Below are positions 50,544 to 63,058 of a stretch of 64,000 nt of DNA, piece after piece; the first letter of the stretch is position 1; each line of letters begins with the position of its first letter. The stretch comes from Octopus sinensis (taxonomy: Eukaryota), in the NCBI RefSeq assembly GCF_006345805.1, contig NC_042998.1, positions 179,242,001 to 179,306,000 of the forward strand, given 5' to 3'. A program made the translations under genes and the position numbers. A model generated the notes under the pieces. It was given only the letters and a program-made list of their open reading frames with translations. It ran no database searches and was not told the DNA's origin.

Positions 50544-51300
50544 CAGGGCGATTCAAAAGTCTCCATACATAGGAAAAATTTACTTTTCTTATAAGTAACA
50601 GTTTATAAGATCCCTTGATCTAACCCCTCTTGATTTCTATCTTTGGGGGCATTTGAAAGGCATGGTGTGTCACGGAAAGATAAAAGGCATAAATCATTTG
50701 AGTGCTTCACCAACTCATTTGCTCGCGTATCACCAGATGTGCTATTACGAGTTCACAATGAGTGGGGTAAATGTATTGCAACGTATATTCAAAACAATGG
50801 TAACCATATAGAGCTTGTTAAAAAAAAACTGTTCTTATAAACTGTTTTTTATAAAAAGATAAATTATTCCTATGTATACTCTCTTTTACTCTTTTACTTG
50901 TTTCAGTCATTTGACTGAGGCCATGCTGGAGCACCGCCTTTAATCGAGCAAGTCGACCCCGGGACTTATTCTTTTGTAAGCCCAGTACTTATTCTATCGG
51001 TCTCTTTTGCCGAACCGCTAAGTAACGGGGACCAGCATCGGTTGTCAAGCAATGCTAGGGGGATAAACACAGACGCACAAACACACACACGCATATATAT
51101 ATATACATATATACGACGGGCTTCTTTCAGTTTCCGTCTACCAAATCCACTCACAAGGCTTTGGTCGGCCCGAGGCTATAGTGGAAGACACTTGCCCAAG
51201 GTGCTACGCAGTGGGACTGAACCCGGAACCATGTGGTTGGTAAACAAGCTACTTACCACACAGCCACTCCTGCGCCTATGGAAACTTTTGAATCACCCTG
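50544..51300 (+). mobile_element. Internally deleted mariner-type DNA transposon with a SINE inserted in the right TIR
   Basis: TA|CAGGGCGATTCAAAAGTCTCCATACATAGG ... TGGAAACTTTTGAATCACCCTG|TA; transposase C-terminal remnant DLTPLDFYLWGHLKGMV...NNGNHIE. Confidence 0.85.
50877..51277 (-). mobile_element. SINE family A nested in mariner TIR
   Basis: Full-length reverse-complement copy splitting TTCCTATGTAT|...|ATGGAAAC. Confidence 0.9.
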
Positions 51301-51423
51301 TATAAAGTTCGATATTCTACGATCCGTGAGGATTGTTGACTACAACGTATTTAATTCTACTTAACCCTATAGTAAGGCCACAACAAACTAATTAATAAAC
51401 TTATTTTATATATTTGCTGACAG

Positions 51424-51620
51424 AGCGATCACAGTGTCACGTTTTCATCGAAAGGAAAACTTCCGTGGATGGTATACAATGGCAAACCAGTCGCAGATTC
51501 CCAGTTTTGCATTGAATACTTGAACAAGAAGTTGGGTATCAACTTGAATAAGGCGTATGCTGATCTTGATGTGTCCGTTGGTCGAGCATTTCAGAAAATG
51601 GCCGAAGAAGAATTCTATTG
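51424..51620 (+). CDS. fax: fax/FAXC-like exon 3
   Basis: gacag/gtttgt; 197 nt; SDHSVTFSSKGKLPWMVYNGKPVADSQFCIEYL...GRAFQKMAEEEFYW (SSKGK.P, ADS motifs); absent from the ORF track. Confidence 0.93.
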
Positions 51621-53353
51621 GTTTGTATGAAAACTTAAGACAGATGGGGTAGGCAAATCTCATATATGTAAGCTCCTGACTATTACAATATATACCCAGT
51701 TGAGAGGGTCGGTCATTGGTTATGGTTGAAAAGAGCTGATTAAACTTGGTTAGAGAAGTGACGTATAATTGTGAGTCGGGTGCCTGTTTGACTAAATGGC
51801 ACGTCACACACGCGCAACTCCCTAATTTGAATGGCGTTGATGACCCCGAGACGAAGGACTTAAGATCGAATGTCGATGACTAAATACTAGTCAGTTGATC
51901 CAGAGGGCAGGGCCTCACATCAGTAGAATGGGGTTGTGGGATGTAAAGCCGTCGAGAAAAAGGTCATGAAGTGTTGTGCCCTTCATCGCTGCTGATCTCT
52001 GAAACCTACCTTCGTCCGGTATCCGGAACTTTCAATTGGTAGCACTCGCACAAGCAACATAAAAAAAATATGCGTTTATTAAAAAAAAAAAAAAGACAAA
52101 AGTGGCTATCTGGTCTAGGAATTGAACCGATAACCTTATGAACGGTAGCTCAACATCTGTTCCATTAGGTCACGCACCATCATAATGCATTTATTCTCAA
52201 TATCTTCATTTGTGGTTACTTTCTAACATATACATCTTATGCGTTACGTTTTTGATGCAACTCATTTGGTGACCCTGTTCCCAGGTTCCTGTATAAATTA
52301 GGAAAGTAATTTTATTAAAACAGTGATTGCTACGATCACTATAAACTCCTTCCGAGAATTATTTCCTATCCACTAAACAGTCTCTGCTAGAAATATCAAC
52401 CAAGTGTCCTTCGAATCACAATCCTACTGTCTCAGATAAGGAAAAGACACATTGGATAACGTATAACACTATGCCTGCCCTGAAGCATATAGGGTGATCT
52501 CGAGAATGAAGGAGGGGAAGGAATTAGAAAGGAAGTGGGTAATAATAGAAAAATAAAAACAAAAAACTGAAATTTTTGGTAAAATAATTCGTTCAGATTC
52601 GTAATTCCTGTTATGCGTAACAGACGAAAACTAAAAGTTAAAAAAAAAAGATAAAAACCTCATTCATTTCCTTGCCTTTTCCTTCTCCATGAGGTAGAAG
52701 TAGCTATTGCAAAAACTCGTTAAAAATGTTTTCTGTAACGAGTACGGTAATATAAATTTTCTGCTATTCCTGACCTTTATATCTGTGAGGTCCGACGTTA
52801 GGAAATAATATAAACGTCCAGGTATTCTACGCAGAGTTGTTCCCCTTTAATTGTTAATATTGTAAGTAGAAGGAACGATTAAATGGCGAACACTAGGAGT
52901 TACTTCCCTTTCGTGATGTGTTGTTTTTGCAATGAACAAATTCAACTGTTTCGACGGTTATTAAAAATAAAAAAATAATAATAACCGTCAAAACAAGAGT
53001 TGAACTTGTTCATTATCGAGATAGATATTTTTTTCTTTAAGTCAAGGGAGAAAACATTGCTATAACATTTTATATTTGTCTCTGAGAGTAGTGGACGGAC
53101 GAAAGGAAGGAAGGTTATAACAGAGTGAACTCCCCTAAAGGAATACACCGTGCCATGTCAAACTGGGCGTCATATTAAAGGATGGGAAAGGCATGAACGT
53201 TACACCTTCAGTTTATTGACCATGCTTATTTTTGAATATACTCTAAAGTAAACGCTATTTTCCTCACCTCACTAAAACATTTGTTGTATAAACTGTAACG
53301 GAATTCTATTCTTGCTTGAATCCATTTCATTTGAGAAGGCACTGCTTCCCAAA

Positions 53354-53755
53354 TCTTTATATATAAAAGTCAAGTTGTGTGTCTGTCTCCTACGATTTAG
53401 ATTCCTAACTACTCCTACATTTTGCGGTGCAGTTTAACCAAAACCGGGTATCTTATAGTCGTAATTCATATCGAGCCCTTCTGGGTATTAGCGCGCGTCT
53501 ACGATGAGTCTACGATTTTTAAAATAATTTACCATAATTTTTTTTTCCATTTTAATGCATTTTTTCGCTATTATATAAGGGAAGTAACTCTCTAAAAATG
53601 TCTACGATGAGTCAACGATTAAAAAAAATAATTTACCATCATTTTTTTTCCATTTTTAATGCTTTATTTTTGCTATTTTTGGGCTATAACTCTCTAAAAA
53701 TGCTTATATAGTTATTTCCCTTACAAACCCGAGCAACGCAAGGCGATACTGCTAG
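53354..53755 (+). mobile_element. Non-autonomous Helitron
   Basis: A|TCTTTATATATAAAAG 5' end; CCCGAGCAACGCAAGGCGATACTGCTAG|T 3' end (CTAG terminus, A/T target, degenerate subterminal hairpin); internal duplication TCTACGATGAGTC..ATAATTTACCAT. Confidence 0.8.
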
Positions 53756-54350
53756 TGATTCATATGAAGACTTATAGCTATGGACCATCACGTACTCTGA
53801 AGGTACATGAAGATGCATAGTGGTGAGTAGGTATAGAAGAACAGAAAGTGAGGTTGGGTAGCGTTTGCAAGAGTGTATGAGGAGAGTGAGGGATGGTTAG
53901 AAATGAAGAATGGGTGGGGGGGGGACGAGGGTCGAATATAACGAAGAGCAAGGTTTGAGGAATGGTTGATGCTAAACAGATGGAGAGGCAGTAGGAAAGA
54001 GTAGGTGATGACTATAGACATCAGTTAGGGTCGAAGGGTGGGAGTATGAATTAGTGGACAAGGGTGGAGGTGTGAGAGAAGTGATGGACGATAGATATGA
54101 AATGGAGAGAAAGTAGGGGAGAGCAGGTGATGACAGACAGTTCAGAAGTGGGTGAGGAGAAACAGAATAGTGATAATAGCAACGGAGACAGGAGAAGGAT
54201 GAGAGTGAGGGAGATGACAGTAACACTGGAAAATACATGGATTAAAATGGAAAATATTTAATAAACCTATGAAGAAACGCCAACCTGACTCCAATCAATG
54301 TTAACTTAATTAATGTTAGATATTTAACTAACCTTTTTCTATACAATCAG

Positions 54351-54556
54351 GACAATGTGTGCAGTGACATTTGGTGAGGATTTGACTGAAGTGAAGAAGG
54401 TTTTACCTTACAAAGGTATTGAGCTTTGGATCAAACTGACAGCCATAAAACATGTTGTTCAAAAAGAGATGTGGGGTCATGGAATTGGCAGACATAATTC
54501 AAAGGAAATTTGGTCAATTGGTGAAAGAGATTTACATGCTATTTCTACATTCTTAG
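54351..54556 (+). CDS. fax: fax/FAXC-like exon 4
   Basis: atcag/gtaaat; 206 nt; TMCAVTFGEDL...MWGHGIGRHNSKEIWSIGERDLHAISTFL (GHG.GRH..EE....DL.A.S..LG). Confidence 0.93.
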
Positions 54557-54671
54557 GTAAATATTCTGATGTCTTCTTCAAATATCATATTTCAAATAAA
54601 ATGGTTCGTACACATTTTTTAATGATTTAAAATATATATTATTATTATTATTACTATTAATATTATTATTA

Positions 54672-54722
<51 letters not shown>

Positions 54723-54959
54723 AGGTGGCAAGCTCGCAGAATCGTTAGCACACTGAATGAAATGCTTAGTGGTATTTTGCTCATCGCTATATTCTGAGTT
54801 CAAATTCTGCTGAGGTTATCTTTGCCTTTCATCCTTTAGGGGTCGATAAAATAAGTGCCAGTTATGCACTGGGGTCCATGTAATCGACTTATCCCCCCAC
54901 CAAAATTTCAGGCCTTGTGCTTATAGTAGAAATGATTGTTATTATTATTATTGGATCAA

Positions 54960-55740
54960 TTAACTGATCTTTTCTGGGCTACTTTCGGGCAGGGGCCTAT
55001 GGATAACTTCCAGAAATCCCTGGCTTGGCAGTGCTACTAGGAAGCTCTGCTGGTTTGAAACAAGCTCTATAGATACGGAAGTGCTGTAAGATGGACATGG
55101 CCAAAGTGTGCACAGGGTGATGAAACCATTCTGCATGCACTTGTCCAGTGTCCGGGCATTACTGACTTGTGAAGCTTTGTGACACATGTAGGAGAGATTT
55201 AGTTATCAGCTGAGTTCATCCTGCTACCTTCTTTTGGCTGAGAAGGAGAAGCAGTTTCCCTCTGCCTAGTGGCTGTGGTAAAGGAGGTAGTGCTGTGGAC
55301 AAGATTGAAAGGACTGAAGCCAGATACTGTCCTCTTTGGTCAAGCCCTCATCGACTTTTTCAAATTCCACTTGAAAAGGAAAGTGAGGGTGGAGATAGAA
55401 GTACTGCCCTCCCCCACCCAGTATTTTTGTTGAAAGGTGGGTGAATGTAGTGAAGATGGCCTGTGAGAATAGGCCTACTCTGAACATTCATTTGTAAACT
55501 GGAGGAGTTGTGAAGGAGCGGCACCTACTGAGGTGCACCTGATGGTCAGGGTAACCAGGATGTTTAGGATTCTTTGATTCCCTCTGAGATGAACTCTCCA
55601 TTTTGGGGAAACTTTATTGTTTAATTTTATTAATAATTGTTATTGTTTATTGTTTCTTACTAAACCACTCCTGTCCCTTGTGTTGTATTGTTCTCTTGTA
55701 TTTTTGTATTCAGCCCTTGTGGCCAATAAAGAAAACATGT
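54960..55740 (+). mobile_element. Tx1/L1-like LINE 3' fragment (C-terminal Zn knuckle and 3' UTR)
   Basis: WPKCAQGDETILHALVQCP; LVAVVKEVVLWTRLKG...FFKFHLKRKVRVE; ends near CCAATAAAG. Confidence 0.7.
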
Positions 55741-56129
55741 TCTGTGTTCATATTCTGCTGCGGTCGACTTTGCCTTTCATCATTTTGGATTGATACAATA
55801 CCAGTCACACACTTGGGGTTATGTAGCTGACTAACACATCTCCCTTCAATGGCTGTGTGCTTAAATTAAGAAAGATTATTATTAAAATCATTATTATTAT
55901 GAATGGCAAAATTGTTATAGCATCATACAAAATGCCTTGTGGTATTTACTATAGCACTTCTTTCACTCTGAGTTCAAATCCTTCCAATGTCAACTTTGCT
56001 TTTCATCTTTCTGGGTCTGGTTGTTAAAATGAAGTACCAGTTATGTACTGGTGTTGATTTAATCAATTAACTTCTCTTTCCAAATTCCTGGCACTGGCCT
56101 AAATTAAAAGTGGTGGTAGTGGAAGCAAT

Positions 56130-56199
56130 AGTTGTGGCAGCAGCATCCAGAAGCATCAGCAGCAGTAGTAGTAGAGTCATATGTTACACACACATACAC

Positions 56200-56239
<40 letters not shown>

Positions 56240-56585
56240 ATACACACATTCTCATATAGGTGCAAATACTCGTACACACACACCCATACACACATACATG
56301 CATACACACACATTCTCATACAGGTGCAAATACTCATACACACACAATCATGCACACACACACATGCATACACACACACACACACACACATACACACACA
56401 CATACACAGATTCTCATACAGGTGCAAATACTCATACACACACACCCATGCATATACACACACATACACACATTCTCACACAAGTGCAAGTACTCATACA
56501 CACACACATGCACACACACACACACATACACACACACACATGCTCACACGCACACACACAATCACACATGCTCACACACATACAC
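56130..56585. repeat. (CA)n field with four copies of CATTCTCATACAGGTGCAAATACTCATAC
   Basis: Copies near 56247, 56310, 56410 and 56470. Confidence 0.85.
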
Positions 56586-56639
56586 AGGACATTATCTATT
56601 CAAGAACTGACCCCAGTGAATATATTTAACTTATTGCAG

Positions 56640-56756
56640 GTAAGAAGAAATATTTTCTTGGTGATGAACCCAGTGAGGTGGACTGTGCCATGTTTGCTAT
56701 GCTTGCTATGGTTAAGTGGAACATGCCTAATACACCGCATGAAAGTCTCATGAAAA
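56640..56756 (+). CDS. fax: fax/FAXC-like exon 5 (GST-like C domain)
   Basis: ttgcag/gtaagt; 117 nt; KKKYFLGDEPSEVDCAMFAMLAMVKWNMPNTPHESLMK (YFLG..P...D...F..L). Confidence 0.93.
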
Positions 56757-56814
56757 GTAAGTGATGTTATTGCTATTCATATTGTTGTTACTGTATCATT
56801 ATTATTGTTGCTAT

Positions 56815-57540
56815 TATTAAGCTGGCAGAAACGTTAGCATGCCGGGTGAAATGCTTGGCGGTATTTTATCTGCCGTTATGTTCTGAGTTCAAATTCTGCC
56901 GAGGACGACTTTGCCTTTCATCCTTTCAGGGTCAATTAAATAAGTACCAGTTATACACTGGGGTCGATATAATCGACTTAATCTGTGTGTCTGTCCTTGT
57001 TTGTCCTCTCTGTGTTTAGCCCCTTGTGGGTAGTAAAGAAATAGGTATTTCGTCTGCCATTACGTTGTGAGTTCAAATTCCGCCGAGGTCAACTTTGCCT
57101 TTCATCCTTTCAGGATCAATAAATTAAGTACCAGTTGAAGACTGGGGTCGATGTAATAATCGACTCATCCCCACCCCAAAAATGGCTACCCTTATGGAAA
57201 AATTTGAAACCATTATTAAGGTGGCAAGCTGGCAGAATCACTTGCATGCTTGACAAAATGCTTAGTGGTAATTTGCCCATCACTGTGTTCTGAATTCAAA
57301 TTCTGCCGAGGTTGACTTTGCCTTTTGTCCTTTTGGGTTTGTTGGAATAAGTACCAGCTATGCACTAGGGTCGATGTAATTGACTTACCCCTTCCCCAAA
57401 ATTTTAGGCCTTGTGCCTTCAGTAGAAAGGATTATTAAGGTGGCGAGCTGGGCGAAATGCTTAGTGGCATTTTGTCAGTCTTCATGTTCTGGGTTCAAAT
57501 TCCACCAAGGTCGACTTTGCCTTTCATCCTTTCAGAACTA
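56815..57540 (+). mobile_element. Head-to-tail cluster of family D SINE copies
   Basis: About 4 consecutive CTGAGTTCAAATTC(C/T)GCCGAGGTCGACTTTGCCTTTCATCC units; most begin after ATTATTAAG. Confidence 0.85.
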
Positions 57541-57819
57541 TGATGGTATTTAGATGATCTAACAGAATGTGGGCAAGTACCTTTCCAACTACAGACAAAT
57601 CCCATGAAAAAGTTGAGAGGCTGCACCAGACTCCAGTCTGATTTGGCATGGTTTCTACAGCTGGATGCCCTTCCTGACACCAACCACTCCAAGAGTGTAA
57701 TAGGTACACACCAGTGTGGGTGCCAGTTGCATGACTATGATTTCCCTTGGCTTGATGAGTTTTCTTCTCAAGCATGGCATATCACCAAAGGTCTCAGTCA
57801 TTTGTCAATGCCTTTGAAT

Positions 57820-58560
57820 CTGTAAAGTCTTTTCACTGCAGTTTGTCATGAAGGAAAAAGTTCTCACTTTACTGGTTCAAATATCTCTCAAATATATTTG
57901 AACTGGTCTTAAGTTTGTTTATCCTCCCTCACTGGTTCACCTATCAATGCATGAATTTGTTCCACCCTAGCAATAACTATATAATATTGACTGATTTCTG
58001 ATTAAGGAAACTTTTCTTCCTAGTTCAGAGTTTTATCTCTTGGTATCTAGTTCTGAAGAGAAAAAACTATTTTGAAATGCATCCTTCAATCTAAGTGAGA
58101 GCACTCAATTGAATATGATATTTTAACACCTTTTTCTCCTGTGCGAGAAGATTTTTTTCTGCATGACAAACAGCAGTGACAAGTCTTCACAGGTTCAAAT
58201 AACTCTCAAACGTATTTGAACTGGTTTTAAGTTCCTTCACTGCTTTCTGCATCTATTCACATATTTGTTCTGGCATGGAGGCCAACATGTGCAAACATAT
58301 TTACTGATTGACAATAACATAAACTTTGCTTCCTAATCAGTTGCCTCTTGATTTCTGATACTGGAGAGAGCAAACAAGTTTGAAATGCATCCAAAAGTAC
58401 AACTAAGAACATTCTGAGCTGATTATGATATTCTAACACCTTTTTTGCATTGAGTGAGGACTTTTTTCCATGACAAGTAGCAATGACAAGCTTTTACAGG
58501 TTCAAAGAACTCTCAAATATAATCAAACTGGTTGGTAAGTCTCTTAACAGAGAAAAGTCA
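57820..58560. repeat. Degenerate tandem repeat, about 310-bp period, about 2.4 copies
   Basis: GGTTCAAA.A.CTCTCAAA.ATA.T..AACTGGT recurs at 57876, 58194 and 58501. Confidence 0.65.
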
Positions 58561-59000
58561 ATATATAATATAATTTGTGAAGGGAACCTACTTTTCATGG
58601 ACAACTGTGATTGTCACACGCCGATGACAGGTCAATATCCAGAAACTCAAGTCCGTGTGCATCATAAGTTGGAGACGGGAAGGATGGCTTCCCTTTGCAA
58701 ATACTGATAGGGCACAGAAAGTGTGTCTATAGCCAGCTGGAGGAGGTGTCCTCCTGGGGCTACAAACTACAGTAGCATCCACCCTTAGGGGTTAGCCATA
58801 TTTAAATGGAAAATATACATCATGATGTGTTGCAGCTACTGTTTATAACTCGCTCTAAAATTTATTATTGATTAATATAGTCAATTATACTAAACTTTTT
58901 TTCCACAAAAATAGGGCTTTTGTTAGTTGGAAACAATATCATAATATTTATATTTAGCTATTTATACATTTTTGTTAATCACTTCTATCCTTTGTTTCAG

Positions 59001-59134
59001 AATTGACCAACTTGGGAGCCTACTGTGAACGTATGAAAGAACGCTATTGGCCTGATTGGGAAGAGTGTTCTCGCTTGAGTAAAAAATTTAAAGATGATAG
59101 CTATATTTTGAAGAATCGTCAAAAGTCAAAATAA
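59001..59134 (+). CDS. fax: fax/FAXC-like terminal exon
   Basis: tttcag acceptor; LTNLGAYCERMKERYWPDWEEC...QKSK TAA (family motif NL..YC.R.K..YWPDW); AATAAA at about 59141. Confidence 0.93.
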
Positions 59135-60221
59135 GAACAAAATAAATAATATTTTTCATAAAAAAATGCAATGTATCTCCTTGTCTTTACATTATGTGTT
59201 AGCTGTAAAAGCTTTATTGAATGATTCAAGTAGTACTGTTTGAGAGCTATTTAACCCTTTCATTACCATATTTCTGTTGAGATACTCTGTGTTTCTTTCA
59301 ATTAATTTTAAATATAACAAAGAATTATTAAAATGTTAGGAACAAATTGTGACTAAGATTTGGTAGTAGATTTTAATTCAGATCTTTTGAAAACAAGACA
59401 TTTGTATTACAGAGCTAGAGGCGGTTTCAGGCAGGTTGGTATCAAAAGGGTTAAGCCTTTAGCATTTAAACAAGCTATATCCAGTATAAATATTCTACCT
59501 ATTTTGTTTTTAAACAGGCTAGATCTGGCCTGTCACACCTACCCTGCAATGTTATTCTAAAACTGAACAGTCACTGTCACATCATTAAAATCACAAAACA
59601 ACAAGATAATGCATGATTGATTTAAAACAATGTGAATAGATAAGCATTACATCTGACAAAGTAATCTGAGTGCTGAAGGGTTTAGCTTCCATATTTGCCA
59701 TCTCTGAACAATCTTGCTTCTCTGGGTTCATCAAGCTCTGATTCTGAAATGAGTAATCGCTAACCTATGTTAGTTTGTATATTCTTCACTGCAGAAAGAC
59801 GTGTGTGTGTGTGTGTTTGCCCCATACTGCTTGGCAACTGGTGTTGGTGTGTTTACATCCCTGTACTTAATGATTCAACAAAAGTGGCCAATAGAATATG
59901 TCTCCGGTTTAAAAAAAAAAACAAGGACCGAAGTTGATTCGTTCGACTAAAATTCTTCAAAGCAGTGCCCCAGCATGGCCACAGTCTAATGACTGAAACA
60001 AGTAAAAAATACTGATTACTCCACTCCTCAAAGGTTTTTATTTATTTTTCATCTTTGATAGTAATACTTTAAAATCTGACTGGTAGGATATAAGTAAAAA
60101 AAGTGAAGTTCCTCCCCAAATCATACCAACTCATAAGGGTCAGTTTCCTGGTTTCCATGAAATATATGTTCTCTACTTGAACAGGACACTGGTCCATCAC
60201 TGGATTACTCATTTTTGCCAC

Positions 60222-62681
60222 CTGAGTGGACTGGAGCAACATGAAATGAAGTGTTTTGTTCAAGAACACAACACATTGCTTGGTCCAGCAATTGAAACCA
60301 CAGTCTTACAATCATGAGTCTGACTCCCTAACCACGAAGCCACGCTGAGTGGACTGGAGCAACGTGGAATGAAGTGTTTTGTTCAAGAGCACAATGCATT
60401 GCCTGGTCCAGGAATCGAAACCACAGTCTTACAATCATGAGTCTGACTCCCTAACCACTAAGCCACGCTGAGTGGACTGGAGCAACGTGGAATGAAGTGT
60501 TTTGTTCAAGAGCACAATGCATTGCCTGGTCCAGCAATTGAAACCACAGTCTTACGATCATGAGTCTGACTCCCTAACCACTAAGCCACGCTGAGTGGAC
60601 TGGAGCAACGTGGAATGAAGTGTTTTGTTCAAGAGCACAATGCATTGCCTGGTCCAGCAATTGAAACCACAGTCTTACAATCATGAGTCTGACTCCCTAA
60701 CCACTAAGCCACGCTGAGTGGACTGGAGCAACGTGAAATGAAGTGTTTTGTTCAAGAGCACAATGCATTGCCTGGTCCAGGAATTGAAACCACAGTCTTA
60801 CAATCATGAGTCTGACTCCCTAACCACTAAGCCACGCTGAGTGGACTGGAGCAACGTGGAATGAAGTGTTTTGTTCAAGAGCACAATGCATTGCCTGGTC
60901 CAGGAATCGAAACCACAATCTTACAATCATGAGTCTAGCTCCCTAACCACTAAGCCATGCTGAGTGGACTGGCGCAACGTGAAATGAAGTGTTTTGTTCA
61001 AGAACACAACGCATTGCTGGGTCCAGGAATCAAAACCACGATCTTACAATCATCAGTCTGACTCCCTAACCACTAAGCCATGCTGAGTGGACTGGAGCAA
61101 CGTGAAATGAAGTGTTTTGTTCAAGAGCATAACGCATTGCCTGGTCCAGGAATCGAAACCACAATCTTACAATCATGTGTCTGACTCCCTAACCACTAAG
61201 CCACGCTGAGTGGACTGGAGCAACGTGAAATGAAGTGTTTTGTTCAAGAACACAATGCATTGCCTGGTCCAGGAATTGAAACCACAAACTTACAATCATG
61301 AGACTGACTCCCTAACCACTAAACCATGCTGAGTGGACTGGAGCAATGTGGAATGAAGTGTTTTGTTCAAGAGCACAATGCATTGCCTGGTCCAGGAATC
61401 GAAACCACAATCTTACAATCATGAGTCTAGCTCCCTAACCACGAAGCCACGCTGAGTGGACTGGAGCAACGTGAAATGAAGTGTTTTGTTCAAGAGCACA
61501 ATGCATTGCCTGGTCCAGGAATCGAAACCACAATCTTACAATCATGAGTCTAGCTCCCTAACCACTAAGCCATGCTGAGTGGACTGGAGCAACGTGAAAT
61601 GAAGTGTTTTGTTCAAGAACACAACGCATTGCTGGGTCCAGGAATCAAAACCACGATCTTACAATCATCAGTCTGACTCCCTAACCACTAAGCCATGCTG
61701 AGTGGACTGGAGCAACGTGAAATGAAGTGTTTTGTTCAAGAGCATAACGCATTGCCTGGTCCAGGAATTGAAACCACAATCTTACAATCATGTGTCTGAC
61801 TCCCTAACCACTAAGCCACGCTGAGTGGACTGGAGCAACGTGAAATGAAGTGTTTTGTTCAAGAACACAATGCATTGCCTGGTCCAGGAATTGAAACCAC
61901 AAACTTACAATCATGAGTCTGACTCCCTAACCACTAAACCATGCTGAGTGGACTGGAGCAATGTGGAATGAAGTGTTTTGTTCAAGAGCACAATGCATTG
62001 CCTGGTCCAGGAATTGAAACCACAAACTTACAATCATGAGTCTGACTCCCTAACCACTATAAACCATGCTGAGTGGACTGGAGCAATGTGGAATGAAGTG
62101 TTTTGTTCAAGAGCACAATGCATTGCCGGTCCAGGAATTGAAACACAAACTTACAATCATGAGTCTGACTCCCTAACCACTAAACCATGCTGAGTGGACT
62201 GGAGCAATGTGGAATGAAGTGTTTTGTTCAAGAGCACAATGCATTGCCTGGTCCAGGAATTGAAACCACAAACTTACAATCATGAGTCTGACTCCCTAAC
62301 CACTAAACCATGCTGAGTGGACTGGAGCAACGTGAAATGAAGTGTTTTGTTCAAGAACACAATGCATTGCCTGGTCCAGGAATTGAAACCACAAACTTAC
62401 AATCATGAGTCTGACTCCCTAACCACTAAGCCATGCTGAGTGGACTGGAGCAATGTGGAATGAAGTGTTTTGTTCAAGAACACAACGCATTGCCTGGTCC
62501 AGGAATCGAAACCACAATCTTACAATCATGAGTCTAGCTCCCCAACCACGAAGCCACGCTGAGTGGACTGGAGCAACGTGGAATGAAGTGTTTTGTTCAA
62601 GAACACAACGCATTGCCTGGTCCTGGAATCGAAACCACAATCTTACAATCATGAGTCCAATGCCCTAACCACTAAGCCATC
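60222..62681 (-). repeat. Tandem array of 20 x 123-bp units, each the tRNA-like head of a family C SINE
   Basis: CTGAGTGGAC recurs every 123 bp from 60222 to 62559 (one +2/-2 shift at 62069); minus strand unit carries A box TGGCTTAGTGG and B-box-like GGTTTCGATTCC; SINE body continues at 60080-60221. Confidence 0.95.
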
Positions 62682-62887
62682 CATCTTCATGGTAGGATAT
62701 TAAAGCTGCATTCAGCTTGCAGTCAGCAGCTTGGCAACTTTTTGGTATAATTAGAGTAGCTGTATAACGTTAATTAGAAAACACATGCACATACGAGAAC
62801 AAAACATACAAAGAAGTCAAAAGGAGAAATGTAAAAGGTAAATTTGTCTTTCTTTATTAAGTTGAACTGTTTTCGAAGAAGTCATTA

Positions 62888-62919
<32 letters not shown>

Positions 62920-63017
62920 GATGGAAAAAAAAGACAGAGCTTGGTAGTGAAGAAGAAAATTTTAAAAAAAATTATAATAAAACACAACAAATAATACAAC
63001 AAATTTACAAAGTATAT

Positions 63018-63058
<41 letters not shown>

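Noticed and set aside
52100-52180. tRNA gene on the minus strand
   Set aside because: A/B-box-like motifs and a downstream T run are present, but acceptor and anticodon stems do not pair; a decayed SINE head.
58046-58090. Plus-strand hammerhead-like CTGAAGA..GAAA-TGCA-TC
   Set aside because: Helix I cannot form and helix II is weak; probably chance in AT-rich repeat.
60222-62681. CRISPR-like array
   Set aside because: Units are contiguous near-identical 123-mers with no unique spacers, derived from a SINE head, in a eukaryotic locus with no cas genes.
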